Source: a virus (lineage: Duplodnaviria > Caudoviricetes). From it: a DNA stretch of 64,000 nt. Below are positions 59,053 to 64,000 of the stretch, in pieces. The notes below the pieces were generated by a model that ran no database searches, had not been told where the DNA came from, and saw only the letters and a list, made by a program, of their open reading frames with translations. The stretch is from the IMG/VR virus record IMGVR_UViG_3300020375_000001, positions 128,001-192,000 of that record. The stretch is one strand, 5' to 3'. A program made the translations under genes and the position numbers. Within the stretch, counting starts at the first letter, position 1. Each line of letters begins with the position of its first letter.

Positions 59053-59513
59053 GTCATGTCCTCCATTGTTAGTGGCCTTGTGTGCTTAGCTAACAGCAAT
59101 AAACTGCGGGTCCCCCACATATCCATCATGAGGGTTTTCTCCCCTTCGTTGTCCGGTATTTCCAAACGACGAGTATCGCGACCAATAACATTGAATAATT
59201 TTAAGTAAAATATTTCATCTGTACTGGTGTTAACGAATTTCATCTGGTACATATGCCAAAGTTGGTCTAAGTTATCAGCACGCTCCAGTAAGTGGTAGAT
59301 GATTTCATCTACACTGCTGTTATCCAGTGCTGAAGGATTAGGATGACACCCCTCTGGCTTCTGCTCGAATATGGCGAAAAAGTTATGATACTTCTCCTGC
59401 ATAGCCATTACTGTACCACATTCACTGTTATCTTTACGTGTCCACGGTATTGCTCCGTTACGTCTTGACGAGATGGTTATCTCTTCCATTTTCATTTTGT
59501 GTTCAACCAGCAT
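59046..59513 (-). CDS. Hypothetical protein
   Basis: 155 aa; AAGGAG SD. Confidence 0.75.
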   Translation of the reverse strand: MLVEHKMKMEEITISSRRNGAIPWTRKDNSECGTVMAMQEKYHNFFAIFEQKPEGCHPNPSALDNSSVDEIIYHLLERADNLDQLWHMYQMKFVNTSTDEIFYLKLFNVIGRDTRRLEIPDNEGEKTLMMDMWGTRSLLLLAKHTRPLTMEDMTC

Positions 59514-59584
59514 TGCATTTACTCCTTTTATTTAAAATGTTAAAGCGGCATAAGTTGGGGCCCCGTTAGGAACCCCTAATTAGT

Positions 59585-60766
59585 TTAACTTACGGAATAC
59601 CCATTAAGAATGTTTTCCCATTCTTTCCAAGTTAGTTCTACATCGCCAAAAGGTGCAGGAATAACAACATCCTCGCCTTCTTCTGGCCAATCTACAGTTG
59701 GTAAATAGTTTACCAAGTTCAATTCCAATTCCTGACGTTGCTCGTCAGTAAGTTCGATTAGTTTCATTTTACGAAACTCCTTCTCAGGCACGTCTTTGTG
59801 ACGGACAGGGTTGAACTTAAGAGATGGATATTTCCACTCCACAAATTCAATGTCCTTCACCTTACCCAGCAGCTCAGAAAAACGCCCCGTGGTTATCGGG
59901 TAGAATTTGCGAGCCAGTTTGAAATCTACCGCATCTTGCAGCATGGCAAAAGTGATGGGGCTCAGACCAGCATTGTCATAAACAGAACTCCACTTGTAAT
60001 TCAGCTTACGTAACATGGCCTCCATCAGTGCAGTGTCGTTGAAGTTAAATTCGTCACTAATGATTAGCAGCGCACTACAACCATTAACCCCGCCACTTAC
60101 AATGACACGCCAGCCATCTGGTCCAATTTTACCCAGCGGCTCTTTTACTTTACAAATGGTCAGTGCACCTTGCGACAGAGTTTCACGCGGCAAAGGGGAC
60201 AGTCGTCCACCACCCAAGGTCATCCATTCATCTGTACCATACGGCAACATCATCTCACGGTCGCTTGTGACGCCAACTAACATACCAGTGCGGTAAGTCA
60301 TGCCGCGACCTATAAAGATGCGGTGTGTGTCCACTACGGGCGTTATATCGACAGTCTCAGCGTCGATTACCAGACCACCATCGTCAAAGCCAGATACCGG
60401 TGTAGTTTTACTTGGTGGGAAACTGGTACCAATTGAATTACTGTATTCGGCAACTGTTAATGGCTCACCAATCTCTACCCAGTTCTTTTCCAAAGCCAAT
60501 TCATTAATCTGACGTTGCCAGTCTCCAGACAACCCTATGATTTGGTCACTGTCGAAAAATACGTTGGGTTTCATCCATATCAGGCAGTCCATATAACGGA
60601 CCGATGGGATGTCTTCTTTCAGTTCGGGTGAAAGAGAGTATCTGACGGCAAAGTCTAACTCGTCGATTTTGTCAAACAACTTGTGGTTATCGGGCAGGTC
60701 ACCCAATCCCACGAAACGAACGCGTCCACGTGCAATGTTTGTAGTTGCAGTATTTTCAGTTTGCAT
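59585..60766 (-). CDS. Hypothetical protein (393 aa)
   Basis: Long ORF behind a candidate early promoter. Confidence 0.8.
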   Translation of the reverse strand: MQTENTATTNIARGRVRFVGLGDLPDNHKLFDKIDELDFAVRYSLSPELKEDIPSVRYMDCLIWMKPNVFFDSDQIIGLSGDWQRQINELALEKNWVEIGEPLTVAEYSNSIGTSFPPSKTTPVSGFDDGGLVIDAETVDITPVVDTHRIFIGRGMTYRTGMLVGVTSDREMMLPYGTDEWMTLGGGRLSPLPRETLSQGALTICKVKEPLGKIGPDGWRVIVSGGVNGCSALLIISDEFNFNDTALMEAMLRKLNYKWSSVYDNAGLSPITFAMLQDAVDFKLARKFYPITTGRFSELLGKVKDIEFVEWKYPSLKFNPVRHKDVPEKEFRKMKLIELTDEQRQELELNLVNYLPTVDWPEEGEDVVIPAPFGDVELTWKEWENILNGYSVS

Positions 60767-60833
60767 TATATGCTTACCCTTTTATTTATTGAGTTTAGTT
60801 TGTCTCCGTAGCATAGATGTTAAACTACACTTA

Positions 60834-60845
60834 GATAATATATGC
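60834..60845 (-). promoter_or_regulatory. Candidate early promoter GCATATATTATC
   Basis: Motif family shared with 14747 and 17733; just downstream of the terminator at 60855-60874. Confidence 0.55.
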
Positions 60846-60893
60846 TTCAAAAAAGATAGGGCCGAAGCCCTATCCCTAAAACATGCTATTGTT

Positions 60894-61445
60894 TTATGGC
60901 GCTGGTTCTTCAGCTGCCGCTGCTTCTGCTGCAGCTACTGCTGCGTCATGGTCAGCCTTAGCTTGGTCAGCTTCTTCTTGTGTCCAGACGTACCAGTTCG
61001 AACACTGAAGGTCAAGACGGTTAGGGTGCCAATCTTGGAAAACTTCAAGTTCTTCCGTAGTCAGTTGGAACATTGGTGCATCGTACAGCATGGTAACTGC
61101 TGTAGGGTATTCTGTTAGCGTACCGTCGGCGATTTCTTCCAAAGGTGGCAGCGGTTGTTTAACCGTACCAAGCTCAACCCGCATGAAGAAAGTGTTCCAG
61201 TGATTACATGCCACACTATGACCTTGCTTCATCATATACAGCGCTTCTGTGAAGCTCATTGCGGTAGTAGGTTTGTAAGCAGCATCGAACACGTCTTTTG
61301 GTGACCATGAAACATACCCGTCCGGATAGGTTACTTCATAACCTTCTGTGCCTTCTGGATGACCGTCCATTGATGGATACTGCGGAGTAGCCGCAACAAC
61401 CATAGGAACTGCATCGACTTGTTTAATACCAACGTATTTAGACAT
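60894..61445 (-). CDS. DUF2829/Tad2-like domain fusion protein (putative anti-defence sponge)
   Basis: N-domain KYVGIK.VDA.PM...GYEV.YPDGYVSWSPK.VF.AY; C-domain MSFTEAL..MKQG..V....WN...W.PN..DL...NW. Confidence 0.65.
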   Translation of the reverse strand: MSKYVGIKQVDAVPMVVAATPQYPSMDGHPEGTEGYEVTYPDGYVSWSPKDVFDAAYKPTTAMSFTEALYMMKQGHSVACNHWNTFFMRVELGTVKQPLPPLEEIADGTLTEYPTAVTMLYDAPMFQLTTEELEVFQDWHPNRLDLQCSNWYVWTQEEADQAKADHDAAVAAAEAAAAEEPAP

Positions 61446-61496
61446 CGTTTGTCCTTTTGTTTTGATTAACTATAAATTGTACCGAGGGAGAGTATA

Positions 61497-62483
61497 ATGC
61501 TTTCAGGTCTTAAGATGATTAGCTTAGGTATCGTAGCCGAGCATAAAAAACCATCTCAAAAAACAGCAATGATACACCCTGCGGAAGTATTGACTGAGAT
61601 AGACGGGGAATTAAGAGCCTTACCTATCACACTATATGCCGCTGGGGTTGACGGTGAGAACCGTGAATACCAAGTGAATATAAAGGCAAATACCGCTTTA
61701 GAATGTGAGTGGCTATCGCTGTGTGAACATCGACAGACTGCCCCAGATATACGAAGAGGCGAACAAGTAATAATTTGGGAAGTCGAGGGTTCAACCGATG
61801 GCAGGTACTATTGGAGTACTTTAGGTAGGGATTCTAATCTTCGCCGTTTAGAAACTGTTCTCTGGGCGTTTAGTAATATATCTGACCCAGAAGAAAACGT
61901 AGAGGCGCTTAGTTATGAGAATGCCTACACGGTAGAAGTATCTACTCACCATAAGCAAATTACTATCCGTACCAACAAGTACGATGGGGAACCGTTTGCC
62001 TACGTAATACAGCTTAATACCAAAGACGGTACCTTTACTGTACAGGATGATGTGGGTAACTACATGCAGTTAGATTCGGCTGAGACGACAATTGACTTTA
62101 CTAATAAAGACAAGACTCATCTCAGACTGAAGAAAAAGGATATCTTCGGCTATGCACCAGATAGCATGTATCTTCATGCTGTGAACACCATGGAGCTAAA
62201 GTGTAAAGACTTTATCTTGGAAGCAGAGAACTCCATTACTACTAAGACAAAGACGGCCACCCATGAAGCTAAGACGATGTTACATAAAGCAGATAACATC
62301 ACTATGGAAGCAACGGCAGTTAAGATTGATGCCCCCAATACCGAATGTACGGGGTTGCTTAAGTGTGCAGAATTAGATGCTGGTAATGGGTCATTGACTG
62401 CGGACTCAAGCGGTATTAAAGCTAAAGCAGCGGAGTTTGAAGCTGCCCCTACTGCCCCTGGTGGTAAGTGGCACATGCCTTAA
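61497..62483 (+). CDS. Baseplate central spike/needle (phiKZ gp164-like)
   Basis: SLGIVAEHK, TAPDIRRGEQV..W and YYW motifs; C-terminal beta-helix-like repeats. Confidence 0.8.
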   Translation: MLSGLKMISLGIVAEHKKPSQKTAMIHPAEVLTEIDGELRALPITLYAAGVDGENREYQVNIKANTALECEWLSLCEHRQTAPDIRRGEQVIIWEVEGSTDGRYYWSTLGRDSNLRRLETVLWAFSNISDPEENVEALSYENAYTVEVSTHHKQITIRTNKYDGEPFAYVIQLNTKDGTFTVQDDVGNYMQLDSAETTIDFTNKDKTHLRLKKKDIFGYAPDSMYLHAVNTMELKCKDFILEAENSITTKTKTATHEAKTMLHKADNITMEATAVKIDAPNTECTGLLKCAELDAGNGSLTADSSGIKAKAAEFEAAPTAPGGKWHMP

Positions 62484-62495
62484 ACCAAAAAAAAT

Positions 62496-62518
62496 AGGAG
62501 GGGCATTGCGCCCCTCCT
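62496..62518. terminator. Bidirectional terminator
   Basis: AGGAGGGGC-ATTGC-GCCCCTCCT between convergent genes. Confidence 0.8.
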
Positions 62519-62535
62519 TTATGCGGTTAAACTAG

Positions 62536-62880
62536 TTAACCAATATCAACCTGCTCCATCTCAGTTCGACTGATGTGGTAACTAAGTTGATTGCTACGAG
62601 ATTTCGTAAGTCCGTGTTCCCTTAATAGCTGTGTCCAGTTGCCATGTTCAGAGTCTCCCTCCAAGTTAACAACCAACGCAGCCGTCCCCAGCTGCTTAGC
62701 AATATTAAAGACACGTCGGAAGTAATACTGGCAACGCATGAAGTTTTTATCAATACGCTGTAGTGTTACGGTAATCGCGCCTGCAATGGAGCCTTCCACC
62801 AAAAATCCTTCACTCAAAGAAGTTGGTTTCAGAGCCCCGTTATTAATTAATTGTTCTTGCAGTGTTGTTTCTTTTGGCAT
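62536..62880 (-). CDS. Hypothetical protein
   Basis: 114 aa; AAAGGT SD. Confidence 0.7.
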   Translation of the reverse strand: MPKETTLQEQLINNGALKPTSLSEGFLVEGSIAGAITVTLQRIDKNFMRCQYYFRRVFNIAKQLGTAALVVNLEGDSEHGNWTQLLREHGLTKSRSNQLSYHISRTEMEQVDIG

Positions 62881-62900
62881 TCGTATACCTTTTTCTATTT

Positions 62901-63191
62901 TTAGTTGTTAAAGTCTTCTTCAAAATCCGACAGGATAGTTTCGATGCAATCCACCAGTTCAAGGTCACAGTCTTGTGCGCGCCACAAGCGATACTTGATG
63001 TGGGTCTCTGAGTAACCGCGCTTCTCGAACTCTGCGTAAATCAGAGGGTAAAGCAGTTTGGTTGCTGACTTAACTGACACGTCAAAGTACGGGGTGTCGC
63101 GTTGTGGTACGTTGCGGTGCGTTTGCTCCCATTCGCAGGTGGTTACAAATTGTTCAATTACTGGATTTAGTTCTACGTTTGTATCTAACAT
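62901..63191 (-). CDS. Hypothetical protein
   Basis: 96 aa; shared TTAAATAA-AGGA leader. Confidence 0.7.
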   Translation of the reverse strand: MLDTNVELNPVIEQFVTTCEWEQTHRNVPQRDTPYFDVSVKSATKLLYPLIYAEFEKRGYSETHIKYRLWRAQDCDLELVDCIETILSDFEEDFNN

Positions 63192-63221
63192 TGTTATTCT
63201 CTTTCCTGTTATTTAAGAGTT

Positions 63222-63590
63222 TTAGTTGATGCTTCGTGGCGAAGCAAGTTTAGCTGCATGGTCAGTGTATTTCCATACAGGGGTTTTGAGGATAGGTAGG
63301 TTTACCATATCCTGCAACCGTTGGTCCACTAAAATTTCTTTAGCAACCGTTTGTATAGTTAATTTCTTATCTTTACAATTGAAGTCACCGATAATAGTTT
63401 CGCGGGTATCCGGGATGATTACTAAATCGTCCGCATCTTCACGACTAATACCTTGACCTTCTTTTAAGATTGTATACACAACGTAATTTATATCATCATT
63501 GTCATTTACCGACATACGCTGTTCAATATATACTTTTGGAGCACGTTGGGTGCGAGCGATAAAGTCAGTTATACATTCGTCACTGTACAT
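63222..63590 (-). CDS. Hypothetical protein
   Basis: 122 aa; shared leader. Confidence 0.7.
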   Translation of the reverse strand: MYSDECITDFIARTQRAPKVYIEQRMSVNDNDDINYVVYTILKEGQGISREDADDLVIIPDTRETIIGDFNCKDKKLTIQTVAKEILVDQRLQDMVNLPILKTPVWKYTDHAAKLASPRSIN

Positions 63591-63663
63591 TTCTCTTTCC
63601 TTTTATTTAAGAGAGGTGGGCTACCTAAGTAACACTTATGTTCACACGGTTCAATCTAACCTT

Positions 63664-63972
63664 TTAGAATCCACGTAGTTCATCAACCATTTCAGCAAGC
63701 TTATACTTAGTAGTACCTAAGTCTTCTGCCTTACCTTCATATTCGATTGGAACCATAGCGTCTACGTCAAGTGCTAATAAAGTTTTATGTTGCATTATTT
63801 TAGACACGCCGTTGTTGATAGTATTGCACACAGCCTCAACTACTTTGATTTCTAGGAAACCTTCTTCAATGCTTACGTTACAGTAATTGAACTTAGTACT
63901 CTTACGCACTAGTCCACGGATGGCTAAGTTAAACTGTTGAATTTTAGTTAACGATGATTCATTAGTATTCAT
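63664..63972 (-). CDS. Hypothetical protein
   Basis: 102 aa; shared leader. Confidence 0.7.
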   Translation of the reverse strand: MNTNESSLTKIQQFNLAIRGLVRKSTKFNYCNVSIEEGFLEIKVVEAVCNTINNGVSKIMQHKTLLALDVDAMVPIEYEGKAEDLGTTKYKLAEMVDELRGF

Positions 63973-64000
63973 TGTTTTCTCTTCCTTTTATTTAGAGATA

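Noticed and set aside
60609-61118. 169 aa plus-strand ORF
   Set aside because: Antisense to two well-supported genes and crosses a terminator and promoter.
1-64000. CRISPR array, rRNA, tRNA, transposase or integrase
   Set aside because: No regularly spaced repeats, cloverleafs or recombinase/transposase motifs were seen on either strand.

Overview
This 64 kb window comes from a phiKZ-like jumbo myovirus (Chimalliviridae-type), with roughly 40-45% GC by eye. The host cannot be determined from the sequence. The conserved phiKZ core blocks are recognisable and largely syntenic: terminase large subunit; gp26/27/28-like baseplate genes; tail sheath and tube; prohead protease (gp175) with gp176/gp177-like genes; virion RNA polymerase subunits (gp178 beta, gp180 beta-prime, gp149 beta C-terminal part); tape measure (gp181-like) with gp182-like; UvsX; RNase H; SbcC; and the central spike (gp164-like). 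Short accessory islands, mostly on the minus strand, sit between these blocks. The most notable observations are: (1) a fully resolvable group I intron (23563-25103) in the virion RNAP beta gene, with its EDxHD-type homing endonuclease inside the P1 loop; (2) a catalytically dead paralog of the prohead protease next to terL; (3) an ADP-ribosyltransferase-fold gene translationally coupled inside the vRNAP operon; (4) a Tad2/DUF2829-like fusion protein, a putative immune-signal sponge; (5) other NAD/ADP-ribose-related genes (Nlig-Ia, SLOG); (6) a candidate two-component spanin; (7) a recurrent TATGCCG motif beside terminators; and (8) an inverted-repeat-rich non-coding region at about 57.0-57.6 kb. 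No tRNA, rRNA or CRISPR array was found. All family assignments are from motif recognition by eye, not database searches, and phiKZ gene numbers are recalled from known synteny.
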